Shown here: positions 1 to 8,663 of the stretch, piece after piece | Position numbering within the stretch: the first letter of the stretch is position 1 | How the letters are laid out: every line of letters begins with the position of its first letter | Source of the DNA: Candidatus Nitrosopumilus koreensis AR1 | Lineage (GTDB): Archaea; Thermoproteota; Nitrososphaeria; Nitrososphaerales; Nitrosopumilaceae | Assembly (NCBI RefSeq): GCF_000299365.1 | Contig: NC_018655.1 | Span: 480,001 to 512,000 of the forward strand | Direction: 5' to 3' | Length of the DNA: 32,000 bases | Made by a program: the position numbers and the translations under genes | The notes under the pieces: model-generated | The model's database searches: none | What the model saw: the letters and a program-made list of their open reading frames with translations, nothing else | What the model was told of the DNA's origin: nothing

Positions 1-2
1 GA

Positions 3-53
3 ATACGTTTGATGAAAGTTAGAAAGACTCGTCCAAAAAAAGAATATTTCTAA
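3..53 (+). CDS. C-terminal tail of a gene entering from the left (...IRLMKVRKTRPKKEYF*)
   Basis: Open frame from the window edge to TAA at 51-53; convergent with the next ORF. Very short, product unknown. Confidence 0.3.
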   Translation: MRLMKVRKTRPKKEYF

Positions 54-487
54 ATGTGGTCGAACCTTAGTTCGTTTGCTACTTGTTTGAAACCTAATTT
101 TTCATAAAATGGCTTTACATCATCCGTACAATCTAGAATTGTCTTGTAGCAGCCTTGATTTTTGGCAATTTCAAGAAGATATTTCATAATTTTTTCGCCA
201 ATTTTTTGCCCTTGGAAATTTTTATCCACTACCACATCTTCGATATGGCCAACTAAGCCCCCTTTGTGGATGAATTTTTGTTCAATCAATAATGTAGTTG
301 ATCCAACTACTCTCCCATCTATTTCTGCTATTGCTATCAAATAATCTGGATTTGAATCTATTTTTTCAAAAATTTCTTCTGCTTTACTTTTATCAATGTC
401 ACTTGCTTTTCTTAATGAATCAAGTGTAGTAAGGAACCCCTTATCCAAATCACCTTTTCTTAATTTTCTGATTACTGGATCTCCCAT
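50..487 (-). CDS. GNAT acetyltransferase resembling eukaryotic-type glucosamine-6-phosphate N-acetyltransferase (GNA1)
   Basis: GHIEDVVVDKNFQGQKIGEKIMKYLLEIAKNQGCYKTILDC...FYEKLGFKQ matches the GNA1/GNAT acetyl-CoA binding core. Confidence 0.8.
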   Translation of the reverse strand: MGDPVIRKLRKGDLDKGFLTTLDSLRKASDIDKSKAEEIFEKIDSNPDYLIAIAEIDGRVVGSTTLLIEQKFIHKGGLVGHIEDVVVDKNFQGQKIGEKIMKYLLEIAKNQGCYKTILDCTDDVKPFYEKLGFKQVANELRFDHI

Positions 488-489
488 TT

Positions 490-1194
490 TTATCCTCTAT
501 TTCCAAATTTCTTGGCATATTCTTGATTTGCTTGTTTGTATGATTCTTTATTTCCAATATCGATAAATCCTTTTTTTGTAATGAAACTGTTAACCAGTTT
601 TTTCTTGCTCATTGCTTTTTTAATGACATCATCCATTCCGTACGATTTGTTCCTTGGAATGTATTTCAAAATACCTGGTTCCATAACATAGCATCCCATA
701 TTGATATTTGCTTTAATCTCTGGTTTTTCCACCCAACTTGTTACTTTACCTGTTTTTGAAGTATTAATCACTCCGTATTCCAAATTGGTTTTGTATTCGT
801 ATAAACTCATGGTGGCAAACGCTTTCTTTGTTTTGTGTTGTTTGATCATATTTCTAAGACTAAAATCAAAAATGGAATCTCCATACACACAAACAAAAGT
901 ATCGTCAATAAACTCTTCAGCTGTTTTGAGTTGACCTGCAGTGGCTAACGGTTTTTTTGAAATTGCATATTCTATGTTAACCCCAAATTTTTCTCCATCT
1001 TTAAAATAATCTTCAATTGATTTTCGAAGATAACTCACACACAACACTATTGATTTTACTCCATTTTTTTTATTCCAATCTATGAGATGTTCTAAAATTG
1101 GTTTTTTGCCTAATGGTAACATTGGTTTTGGAGTCTTGAGTGTTAGTGGACGTAATCTGGTACCTAGTCCTCCCGCTAGAATTACTGCCTTCAC
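490..1194 (-). CDS. NDP-sugar pyrophosphorylase / nucleotidyltransferase
   Basis: MKAVILAGGLGTRLRPLTLKTPKPMLPLGKKPILEHLI signature. Confidence 0.92.
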   Translation of the reverse strand: MKAVILAGGLGTRLRPLTLKTPKPMLPLGKKPILEHLIDWNKKNGVKSIVLCVSYLRKSIEDYFKDGEKFGVNIEYAISKKPLATAGQLKTAEEFIDDTFVCVYGDSIFDFSLRNMIKQHKTKKAFATMSLYEYKTNLEYGVINTSKTGKVTSWVEKPEIKANINMGCYVMEPGILKYIPRNKSYGMDDVIKKAMSKKKLVNSFITKKGFIDIGNKESYKQANQEYAKKFGNRG

Positions 1195-1249
1195 AAATAT
1201 TCTTTCATGTGTGAGTATTTATGTTCAAGGATGATTTGATACTGTGATT

Positions 1250-2551
1250 TTATCCTGTAATTTTTAATATTTTTTTTAAAACATTTTCTGGTGTTTTGCC
1301 AAAAACAATAATCATTGGTTCTTTTCCAAAGTCCCCTTTATGATAAATTACATCTGGAATATTTTTTGAATTTTTAATTGCAAAATTTATTCCCCATTTA
1401 ATTGTCGAACCTTTGATTTTAACATCTTTGGGTTCTAAACTACGATCATAACTACCTACTATCAATTTAGATTTTTTAATTTTTGATATAGTTGTTTTTT
1501 GATATTTTAAATTAATTGCCGAACAAATTTGTGGATATTTCTTATTCATAGATAACAATGCAGTTGCAACGTGTTTTGAGCCACCGTATTTCAGTTCTCC
1601 AGCAACAATGACTCTTTTTTCTGCCTTGACAATTCTTCCTGAAATTCCCAAAACATCTTTTGTAGATTTTGGTTTTTGTTTTGAGAATACAAAATTTGTT
1701 TGGCATTCTGGAATATTTTTGTAAATTCCTTTTATTTCGGTAAATCTGTTTATTGCATTAGACAAGTCTTCTTTGATCTTGTCTTCACTCTGTATGTCTG
1801 TAATTAAAACACCTTTTCCAATCTTTTTTGCATTTTTTATCGAGTCGTATGTGAATTTTCTTGCAAAATACAATGATTCTTTGATGCTTTTCTTTTTTGC
1901 AAGAGAATAGACTATTGCAGCAGAGTGATTGCAACCACTACCGTGATTAATTTTTGAAATCTTTTCTCCTGATATGACATATTTTGTGTTTTTTTCTAGT
2001 ACAAAATCTGATATTTTGTTGTTTCTTCCTTCAATTCCTGTGATTACGACATTTTTTGCTCCCATATCTTGAATCTTTTTTGCAATTATTTTAGGCGTAT
2101 TTTTTCTTGAAATTTTAGTTTTTGATAGAAATTCTGCCTCATCTTTGTTTGGTGTAATTACTGTGGCAAGTGGAATGATATATTTTTTAAAATCTTTTAC
2201 TGCATTGATTTCTAATAATTTTCCTCCTGTGGTTGATTTGATTACTGGATCAACTACAATTGGAATTTTTAATTTGTTTAATTGTTGATAAATTACTTTG
2301 ATAATTTTTGAATTATACACCATTCCAATTTTAATTCCGTCAATTTTAAAATCTAAAAACAATGATTCTAGTTGTTTTTTTAACATCTTCGATGATACTG
2401 GTTCAACAATTCCAAAGTTTGAAGTGTTTTGACTTGTGATTGCTGTAATAACAGTTAATGTGTATGTGTTTAATGCTGAAAACATTCTGATATCGCTTTG
2501 AATCCCTGCCCCTGATGAAGGATCAGAACCTCCAATTGATAATATGTTCAC
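1250..2551 (-). CDS. thiD: Fusion of hydroxymethylpyrimidine (phosphate) kinase ThiD with C-terminal ThiN thiamine-phosphate synthase domain
   Basis: GGSDPSSGAGIQSDIRMFSALNTYTLTVITAITSQNT (ThiD); C-terminal DVLGISGRIVKAEKRVIVAGELKYGGSKHVATALLSMNKKYP...AINLKY typical of ThiN. GTG start. Confidence 0.9.
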   Translation of the reverse strand: MNILSIGGSDPSSGAGIQSDIRMFSALNTYTLTVITAITSQNTSNFGIVEPVSSKMLKKQLESLFLDFKIDGIKIGMVYNSKIIKVIYQQLNKLKIPIVVDPVIKSTTGGKLLEINAVKDFKKYIIPLATVITPNKDEAEFLSKTKISRKNTPKIIAKKIQDMGAKNVVITGIEGRNNKISDFVLEKNTKYVISGEKISKINHGSGCNHSAAIVYSLAKKKSIKESLYFARKFTYDSIKNAKKIGKGVLITDIQSEDKIKEDLSNAINRFTEIKGIYKNIPECQTNFVFSKQKPKSTKDVLGISGRIVKAEKRVIVAGELKYGGSKHVATALLSMNKKYPQICSAINLKYQKTTISKIKKSKLIVGSYDRSLEPKDVKIKGSTIKWGINFAIKNSKNIPDVIYHKGDFGKEPMIIVFGKTPENVLKKILKITG

Positions 2552-2654
2552 GCTATTTTCTTATTGTGTAGACTAATCTATTTTTCCTTTTAATTTATTG
2601 AATTTCCCAATTTTTATGATATTTGTTTTATAGTTTGAATTTTATTTCATACTT

Positions 2655-2846
2655 ATGACTAAAGTTCCATTGATTGATGATTTTTCTCCTAAAGAATTAC
2701 GTTGTACAACATGTTTGTTGCCTATGCAATATCAAACAAAAAAAGATGGGAAATTCCTGTGGCAATGTTTCAAATGTGGAAAACAATATCTTGTGTCTGG
2801 TAATGCTGATGATTCTCTCGAAGAGAGCTGGAGTCCTCCGAGGTAA
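2655..2846 (+). CDS. Small zinc-ribbon protein (63 aa)
   Basis: Two CxxC knuckles: CTTC...CFKCGKQY. Confidence 0.65.
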   Translation: MTKVPLIDDFSPKELRCTTCLLPMQYQTKKDGKFLWQCFKCGKQYLVSGNADDSLEESWSPPR

Positions 2847-2848
2847 TC

Positions 2849-3073
2849 ATGTCTGATATATCTTCTGTAAAATTAGAAAATCAAAAACTTCGAGAATATA
2901 TTTCATTGATTACTGCTGAATTAGAATTGTCTCAAAGGGTTGCTGAAATAAAGCAAAACTTTGCAAATTCTCCTGATTCTGAGCGTATAATTCGGCCTAT
3001 CTTGGATAGAATCTCTAAACTTCAGTCTGAAAAACTGTCTCTTGAAAAAGAATTGAATCTAATCTTATCCTGA
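2849..3073 (+). CDS. Small predicted coiled-coil protein (74 aa)
   Basis: ORF with ATG directly after the 2655-2846 stop, heptad-like KLQSEKLSLEKELNLI; likely co-transcribed. Confidence 0.55.
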   Translation: MSDISSVKLENQKLREYISLITAELELSQRVAEIKQNFANSPDSERIIRPILDRISKLQSEKLSLEKELNLILS

Positions 3074-3163
3074 TGATTGAGTAACACAATCAAAAGAACA
3101 GAACTCGTCTTTCATACTGTAAAACTCTCGTCCACAATGTCTACATTCCCTAATTGCTCTCAC
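3065..3163 (-). CDS. Microprotein (32 aa) with FCS-type zinc knuckle: VRAIRECRHCGREFYSMKDEFCSFDCVTQSSG
   Basis: Hand translation, GTG start at 3163-3161, TAA at 3067-3065; four Cys in CxxC...CxxxC arrangement. Below the track's size cutoff. Confidence 0.5.
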   Translation of the reverse strand: MRAIRECRHCGREFYSMKDEFCSFDCVTQSSG

Positions 3164-3200
3164 GAGATCTATGCTGCATTATTCCATTTAAAGCCGATCT

Positions 3201-3227
3201 ATTTTCTTAATATATTATCAAGAAAAT
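3201..3227. promoter_or_regulatory. Inverted repeat ATTTTCTT-(11 nt, AT-rich TATA-like)-AAGAAAAT upstream of thiC
   Basis: 8-bp perfect arms 3201-3208 and 3220-3227 surrounding AATATATTATC. Confidence 0.35.
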
Positions 3228-3294
3228 CTCAAGCGATCAACAAATTTTCGTAACCGTATGATTGTTTAAATCAGGCGAAAGCCTAGAATATTTT

Positions 3295-4623
3295 ATGGCC
3301 ACTCAAATGACTGCAGCACGACGTGGTGTTGCAACTGATGAGATGAAACAAGTTGCAAAAGATGAAGATGTTTCACTTGATTGGCTAATCCCAAAAATTG
3401 CAAAAGGCTCTATAATCATTCCAAGTAATAACTGCAGGCCTCAAAAAATTCACAATGTTGGAATTGGCAAGGGTTTGAAAACAAAAGTAAATGTCAACAT
3501 TGGCACATCCACATTAAATGTAAACCTTGAAGAAGAAATTGAAAAGGCAAAAGTTGCTGTAAAATACCATGCAGATACTATGATGGATCTTAGTGATGGT
3601 GGTGATGTAAAGCAAATCAGAAAAACTTTGTTAGAAACTGCACCAATCACTTTTGGCACTGTTCCAATTTATGAGGCATACAATTATGGTGTTGAAGTTC
3701 ACAAAAACCCTCTAAATCTTACTGAAGATGATTATCTAAATGCATTTGAAAATAATGCAAAAGATGGTGTTGATTATACTACTATTCATTGTGGAATCAC
3801 AAAAGATATTGCAAAAAGAATACTAAAAGTTCAAAGATATGGTGGTGTTGTTAGCAAAGGTGGTACCATAACTGCTGCTTGGATGTTAAAACACGACAAA
3901 GAAAATCCATACTTGACCCATTATGATTACCTTGTAGAGATGGCAAAAAAATACGATGTCACTTTTAGCCTTGGCGATGCTCTTAGACCAGGCTCAATTT
4001 TGGATTCACATGATGAATTACAAGTCCAAGAAATGATTAACATCTCTCAACTAACAAAACGAGCACATGAACAAGATGTCCAAGTAATGGTTGAAGGGCC
4101 TGGACATGTTCCTCTAAATGAAGTTGCAGCAAATGTTAGATTGGCAAAATCTCTGATTGGTGATGTTCCATATTATGTTCTAGGTCCCTTGGTAACTGAT
4201 GTTGCGTCTGGACATGATCATATTGCAAGTGCTATTGGCGCAGCTGTATCTGCCAGCGAAGGCGTTGATCTTTTGTGTTATCTTACTCCTTCAGAACATC
4301 TTGCATTGCCAAATGCTGATGAAGTAAAGGCCGGATTAATTGCATATAGAATTGCTGCGCATGCAGGTGATCTTGTAAAAATTCGTGATAAGGCGATTAA
4401 ATGGGATATGGAAATGACTGAAGCTCGGCGTACTTTAGATTGGGAGAAACAACTTGCTTTGTCTATTGATCCTGAAGAAGCTGCAAAAATACATAGTAGA
4501 ACAGGACAACATCCTGGTAATAATGTCCCCTGTACTATGTGTGGGGGTGCATGTGTTTACATGATGTTGCCTCAACAAAAAAAATATGATAAAGAAAACG
4601 AAAATTTACAACAAATTGAATAA
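3295..4623 (+). CDS. thiC: Phosphomethylpyrimidine synthase ThiC
   Basis: C-terminal CTMCGGACVYM cluster motif; GGVVSKGG, EGPGHVPLNEV, YYVLGPLVTDVASGHDHI. ATG at 3295 preferred over TTG at 3262. Confidence 0.96.
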   Translation: MATQMTAARRGVATDEMKQVAKDEDVSLDWLIPKIAKGSIIIPSNNCRPQKIHNVGIGKGLKTKVNVNIGTSTLNVNLEEEIEKAKVAVKYHADTMMDLSDGGDVKQIRKTLLETAPITFGTVPIYEAYNYGVEVHKNPLNLTEDDYLNAFENNAKDGVDYTTIHCGITKDIAKRILKVQRYGGVVSKGGTITAAWMLKHDKENPYLTHYDYLVEMAKKYDVTFSLGDALRPGSILDSHDELQVQEMINISQLTKRAHEQDVQVMVEGPGHVPLNEVAANVRLAKSLIGDVPYYVLGPLVTDVASGHDHIASAIGAAVSASEGVDLLCYLTPSEHLALPNADEVKAGLIAYRIAAHAGDLVKIRDKAIKWDMEMTEARRTLDWEKQLALSIDPEEAAKIHSRTGQHPGNNVPCTMCGGACVYMMLPQQKKYDKENENLQQIE

Positions 4624-5010
4624 TACTTTTTGAAGGCTAGGTACTGTTTCATAATTTTTTAATTCGTCCACTTTGATCCATTTGAAATCAGAATTTTCCC
4701 AATTGAGTTTGATTGTTGGATTTTTTGCTTCAAATAAAAATGGAAAAATCTTCCATTCGTGATTTTGATATTGTGGTGAGTTGACACTCATTTCTTCTGC
4801 AGATTTTATCAAAGTAATTTTGTCTTCAGTAATTCCAACTTCTTCAAAAATTTCAATTTTTGCTCTTTTTAGTGGCTCTTCATTTTTTTCTATGATTCCA
4901 CTGACGCCTGCCCATAAACCTTTCATGGTTTTAACCTCCTCGCTTCGTTTTAAGATTAGTAATTTCTCATTATTTTTGATAAAAGATGTCACTATCTTTG
5001 TTGAGCGCAT
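4606..5010 (-). CDS. NUDIX hydrolase
   Basis: GxxEx...REIFEEVGI-like Nudix box (SGIIEKNEEPLKRAKIEIFEEVGI). Confidence 0.88.
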   Translation of the reverse strand: MRSTKIVTSFIKNNEKLLILKRSEEVKTMKGLWAGVSGIIEKNEEPLKRAKIEIFEEVGITEDKITLIKSAEEMSVNSPQYQNHEWKIFPFLFEAKNPTIKLNWENSDFKWIKVDELKNYETVPSLQKVLFNLL

Positions 5011-5015
5011 ATCCG

Positions 5016-5867
5016 TTATTTTTCAACGACTTTGACCATCTTTGTCAGTTTCTTATATGACTCATTGATGTCTGTATGTTTGGCTAGTCTTTCTTGACAA
5101 TCTTTGATGTAATTTACCACTTCTTCTGTTTTTGATTCTTGAACAGCAGTAAGTAATCTGCCAATATCTTTCCAAAGTTCCTCTGCCACTCTACGGATTT
5201 CTGGATTTGCAATGATAGTTTCAATTAATTCTGGAGATTCTGTCATAATACTTTCTGCCAATGTCTTTTGAACTCTGAATGTTGTACCTGACATTTTTTC
5301 TGTAAGTAACATCTTTTCATCTTTTGAAATAATGTTTGCAAAAACTAAATTCATTAAATGAGTTAATCCTAAAATAACTGCAATCTTTTTGTCATGCTCT
5401 ACTGCATCAATTGTAACAAAATTTGCCCCTTCAAATAGAGATTTTGTTACAGTTAACTCTTTTTTTGCATCTTTAATTGGAACTGAAATTATATTTTGAC
5501 CTTTTATTGTTTTTACACCCGGACCAAACATAGGATGAATACAAATTGGATTGATCTTTGCAGGCATTTTTGATAGTGATGAAACGACTTTTGATTTTTC
5601 TGATGAAATCTCAATAAGATATGTGCCTCTTTTCATCTCTTTTGCAATTAGCCTGATGATCTCTGGGGTTCTTCTTGTAGGTGTACATAACACCACATAA
5701 TCTGCCTTTAGAATTGCACCTACTAGGGAATCTGATTGTATTATTCCCTTGCCTGGAATTTTGTTTTCTGAATCAAAACCTGTTACTTCAAATCCTTTAT
5801 CTGCAAAATATTTTGCAAACCATTGGCCCATTTGGCCTCCTGCTCCAATTACTGTAACTTTCTTCAT
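5016..5867 (-). CDS. tyrA: Prephenate dehydrogenase (TyrA family)
   Basis: VTVIGAGGQMGQWFAKYFADKGFEVTGFD Rossmann; ICIHPMFGPGVKTIKGQNII motif; cluster context. Confidence 0.9.
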   Translation of the reverse strand: MKKVTVIGAGGQMGQWFAKYFADKGFEVTGFDSENKIPGKGIIQSDSLVGAILKADYVVLCTPTRRTPEIIRLIAKEMKRGTYLIEISSEKSKVVSSLSKMPAKINPICIHPMFGPGVKTIKGQNIISVPIKDAKKELTVTKSLFEGANFVTIDAVEHDKKIAVILGLTHLMNLVFANIISKDEKMLLTEKMSGTTFRVQKTLAESIMTESPELIETIIANPEIRRVAEELWKDIGRLLTAVQESKTEEVVNYIKDCQERLAKHTDINESYKKLTKMVKVVEK

Positions 5868-7234
5868 TGATACTCACTCATGATATCCTTTAGTATATTC
5901 ATTCCCTCAATTAGTGTCTTCTCGTCTTGACATGCAGAAATTCTTATGAAATTTTTATAATCTCCAAATCCTTCTCCTGGTGCTATTGCTAAACCTTTTT
6001 CAAGTGTGTTGTTTGCGAATTGTACTCCGTCAAACCCTTCTTTGTTGACTTTGGCAAAAATGTACATTGCACCATCTGGAACAACAATCTCCAAATTCAT
6101 CTCCTTTGCCTTTTGAATCAACACATCTAGTCTATTCTGGACTGTTTTATTGTTGTTGGATATGTCTGCATCTAATGCCCTCATGGCAATATACTGGATT
6201 GGTTCTGATACATTTGTTAGACACAGTGCCTCTAATTTTGCCATCTTTTCAATAATTTTGACATCTGCAATTGCATATCCTATTCTAAATCCTGTCATAG
6301 CATGGGATTTTGAAAATGATTGTGTTACAATACTTTTGTCATAATCATAAGTCAAAACACTTTTCCAACTAGTTTTTACATATTCCGAATAAATCTCGTC
6401 ACTTAGCACATACAGGTTATTTTTTTTAGCAATTCCAATAATCTCGTCTTGCAATTTTTCTGGAAGGACTTTACCTGTTGGGTTATTGGGGTAATTCAAA
6501 ACAATCATTTTTGTATTTGAATTAATTATATTTTGAATTTGTTCAATTGAAGGCTCCCATTTGTTTTCTAATGTTGTGTTTATTGTCCTGACTTTAATTC
6601 CTGAATTTAATGCACAATCTTTGTAGGCAGGCCATGCAGGCTCAATTACAATCATTTCATCACCTGGATTAAGAAGAGTAGAAATTGCTGTAAATATTGA
6701 GAACCTTGCACCAGGACTTATTATGATATTTTTTTCAGAGATGTTTACACTAAATTTTTTATTTACATGTTTTGCAAGTGCTTCTCTAAAAATTGGCATT
6801 CCTTTTGCTTGTCCATACTTTAGAAATCCTTTATCATACACTTCTTCTAATGCATCTTTTACAATTGTTGGAGGCAAAAAGTCTGGTTCACCCACTTCCA
6901 TGTGAATGATATTTTTCCCTTGTTGTTCCAATTCTTTTGCTTTGAGAAATATTGAAAGGTGTGTCTGTTTGTTTGATGATTGAACTTTGATTGATTCATT
7001 TAATAGAAAATTCAAAAATTTTGTAGCAATGTTTTCATCTAATCCAATTTCTTGACATAGTGAAATTACTTTTCCTCGAAGATTTTCTTCACGTGGTTCA
7101 TCTGTTACTACCTTGCCAATGTTTTTCTTTACTTCCCCAATCTCTTTTGCAATGTCTGTTCTAGTTTTTAGTAACTTTATCATTTGAAGGGTTACTTCAT
7201 CCATCTTATTTCGTAAGTCGTTGATATCTGACAT
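5864..7234 (-). CDS. Chorismate mutase (AroQ-type) fused to class I/II aminotransferase
   Basis: N-terminal LRNKMDEVTLQMIKLLKTRTDIAKEIGEVKK (chorismate mutase); C-terminal PLP aminotransferase with NYPNNPTGK and SFSKSHAMTGFRIGY. Confidence 0.9.
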   Translation of the reverse strand: MSDINDLRNKMDEVTLQMIKLLKTRTDIAKEIGEVKKNIGKVVTDEPREENLRGKVISLCQEIGLDENIATKFLNFLLNESIKVQSSNKQTHLSIFLKAKELEQQGKNIIHMEVGEPDFLPPTIVKDALEEVYDKGFLKYGQAKGMPIFREALAKHVNKKFSVNISEKNIIISPGARFSIFTAISTLLNPGDEMIVIEPAWPAYKDCALNSGIKVRTINTTLENKWEPSIEQIQNIINSNTKMIVLNYPNNPTGKVLPEKLQDEIIGIAKKNNLYVLSDEIYSEYVKTSWKSVLTYDYDKSIVTQSFSKSHAMTGFRIGYAIADVKIIEKMAKLEALCLTNVSEPIQYIAMRALDADISNNNKTVQNRLDVLIQKAKEMNLEIVVPDGAMYIFAKVNKEGFDGVQFANNTLEKGLAIAPGEGFGDYKNFIRISACQDEKTLIEGMNILKDIMSEYQ

Positions 7235-7238
7235 TTTC

Positions 7239-8336
7239 CTACAAAACGGGCTTGATTTGGCCTGAAATTAGAGCATGGTCTGCAATTGTTAGTGCTACAA
7301 GAGAGTCAACTACTGGTGGTGCTCTTGGAACAACACATGGATCGTGCCTCCCCTTCACTTGAAGTGTAGTCTCTTTTTTGGTTTTGATGTCTACTGTGCT
7401 TTGCTTTTGTGAGATTGATGATGCTGGTTTGAATGCAATTCTCATTGTAATGGGCATACCATTTGAAATTCCTCCTAAAATTCCTCCTGAATTATTTGTC
7501 TTTGTTACAATTTTACCTCTTTTTACAGTATACAAGTCATTGTTCTCAGAACCAAAAAGCTCTGAACCTCTAAATCCAGAACCAAACTCCACACCCTTTA
7601 CGGATGGAATAGAAAACATTGCTTTACTCAAATCTGATTCTAATGAACTAAAAATCGGTTCACCTAATCCAACTGGAACATTTGTTGTCACTGATTCAAT
7701 TATGCCTCCTAGCGAATCACCTTTTTTTCTTGCATCTAAAATTCTTGCTCTCATCATTTTTGCTGTTTTAGTTTCAGGACATCTTACCTCGTTTTTGTAA
7801 ATTGAGTTAATCATTTTTTCATTAAATTCTCTTTCCATCTTTATTTTTCCAATCTGCGATGTAAACGAATTTGTTTCAATTCCTAAAGTTACTTTGAGAA
7901 GTTTTCTTGCAATTGCACCTCCCATTACATGTGTTGCAGTTAATCTTCCAGAAAATCTTCCTCCTCCTCTATGATCATTATATTGATTGTATTTTATCAT
8001 GGCTGGATAATCAGAATGTCCTGGCCTAAGTTTTGTTTTCAAATTTTCATAATCTTTGGATTTCTGATCACTGTTCCAAATTACCATTGTTATTGGTGCA
8101 CCTGTTGTATGCCCCCTAAAAACTCCTGAGATAATTTCTACTATGTCTCCTTCTTTTCTTTGTGTTGAAATTAGATTCTGACCTGGCTTTCTTTGGTCTA
8201 ACATTTTTTGAATGTCTTTTTCATCAATTTCTAATCCTGCAGGACATCCATCCAAAACTGCTCCGATAGATTTTCCATGACTTTCACCAAAACTTGTCAA
8301 CACAAGACGCTGACCAATAGAACTTCCCGGCAACAT
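7239..8336 (-). CDS. aroC: Chorismate synthase
   Basis: TSFGESHGKSIGAVLDGCPAG; GRFSGRLTATHVMGGAIA; GRHDPCVVPRAPPVV. Confidence 0.97.
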   Translation of the reverse strand: MLPGSSIGQRLVLTSFGESHGKSIGAVLDGCPAGLEIDEKDIQKMLDQRKPGQNLISTQRKEGDIVEIISGVFRGHTTGAPITMVIWNSDQKSKDYENLKTKLRPGHSDYPAMIKYNQYNDHRGGGRFSGRLTATHVMGGAIARKLLKVTLGIETNSFTSQIGKIKMEREFNEKMINSIYKNEVRCPETKTAKMMRARILDARKKGDSLGGIIESVTTNVPVGLGEPIFSSLESDLSKAMFSIPSVKGVEFGSGFRGSELFGSENNDLYTVKRGKIVTKTNNSGGILGGISNGMPITMRIAFKPASSISQKQSTVDIKTKKETTLQVKGRHDPCVVPRAPPVVDSLVALTIADHALISGQIKPVL

Positions 8337-8545
8337 ACTATCAAAGTTAAATGATGCTTATAATTCCTCATTCCAAATTTTTTAAAATTTTTACTGTATG
8401 TTGGATTATTTCTTTGTCATGACTTAGGTGTGGTTAAAAATTATAAAATATAATTATATTTTATGAAATAATTCTAATATATTCTTAAATATGATAATAA
8501 CGTACACAATATATGGAAAAACGTGCAAATTTTACTCCATAATTT

Positions 8546-8629
8546 GCGCGGCCTTGCGAAAAAGACATGTTATCTACGCGAAAGCGTTGAGGGTGTGGAG
8601 AATGCTTTTCACCCTATACAAGGTCGCGC
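8546..8629 (+). ncRNA. Candidate structured RNA: 11-bp closing helix plus two internal hairpins
   Basis: GCGCGGCCTTG (8546-8556) pairs with CAAGGTCGCGC (8619-8629), one G.U; ACGC-GAAA-GCGT at 8576-8587; AGGGTG/CACCCT at 8590-8595/8610-8615; GC about 52% by hand count in an AT-rich intergenic gap; T-tracts downstream. Confidence 0.6.
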
Positions 8630-8663
8630 CTTTTACCCCTTTTAGTTCATTTTTTTAAAAAAA

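Noticed and set aside
3074-3294. TPP riboswitch upstream of thiC
   Set aside because: Looked for the CTGAGA and ACCTGATCTGG-like conserved cores on the plus strand and found none; only the palindrome and a mini hairpin are present.
7378-7800. Plus-strand 140-aa ORF opposite aroC, and similar antisense ORFs within other aro genes, e.g. 9544-9870, 11080-11538, 11936-12331
   Set aside because: All are fully antisense to strongly conserved genes; best explained by codon-bias shadow frames.
8546-8629. MITE or mobile element bounded by terminal inverted repeats
   Set aside because: Only 84 nt, no obvious target-site duplication, and the G.U pair plus GAAA tetraloop fit a functional RNA better. 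Not fully excluded without copy-number search in the genome.
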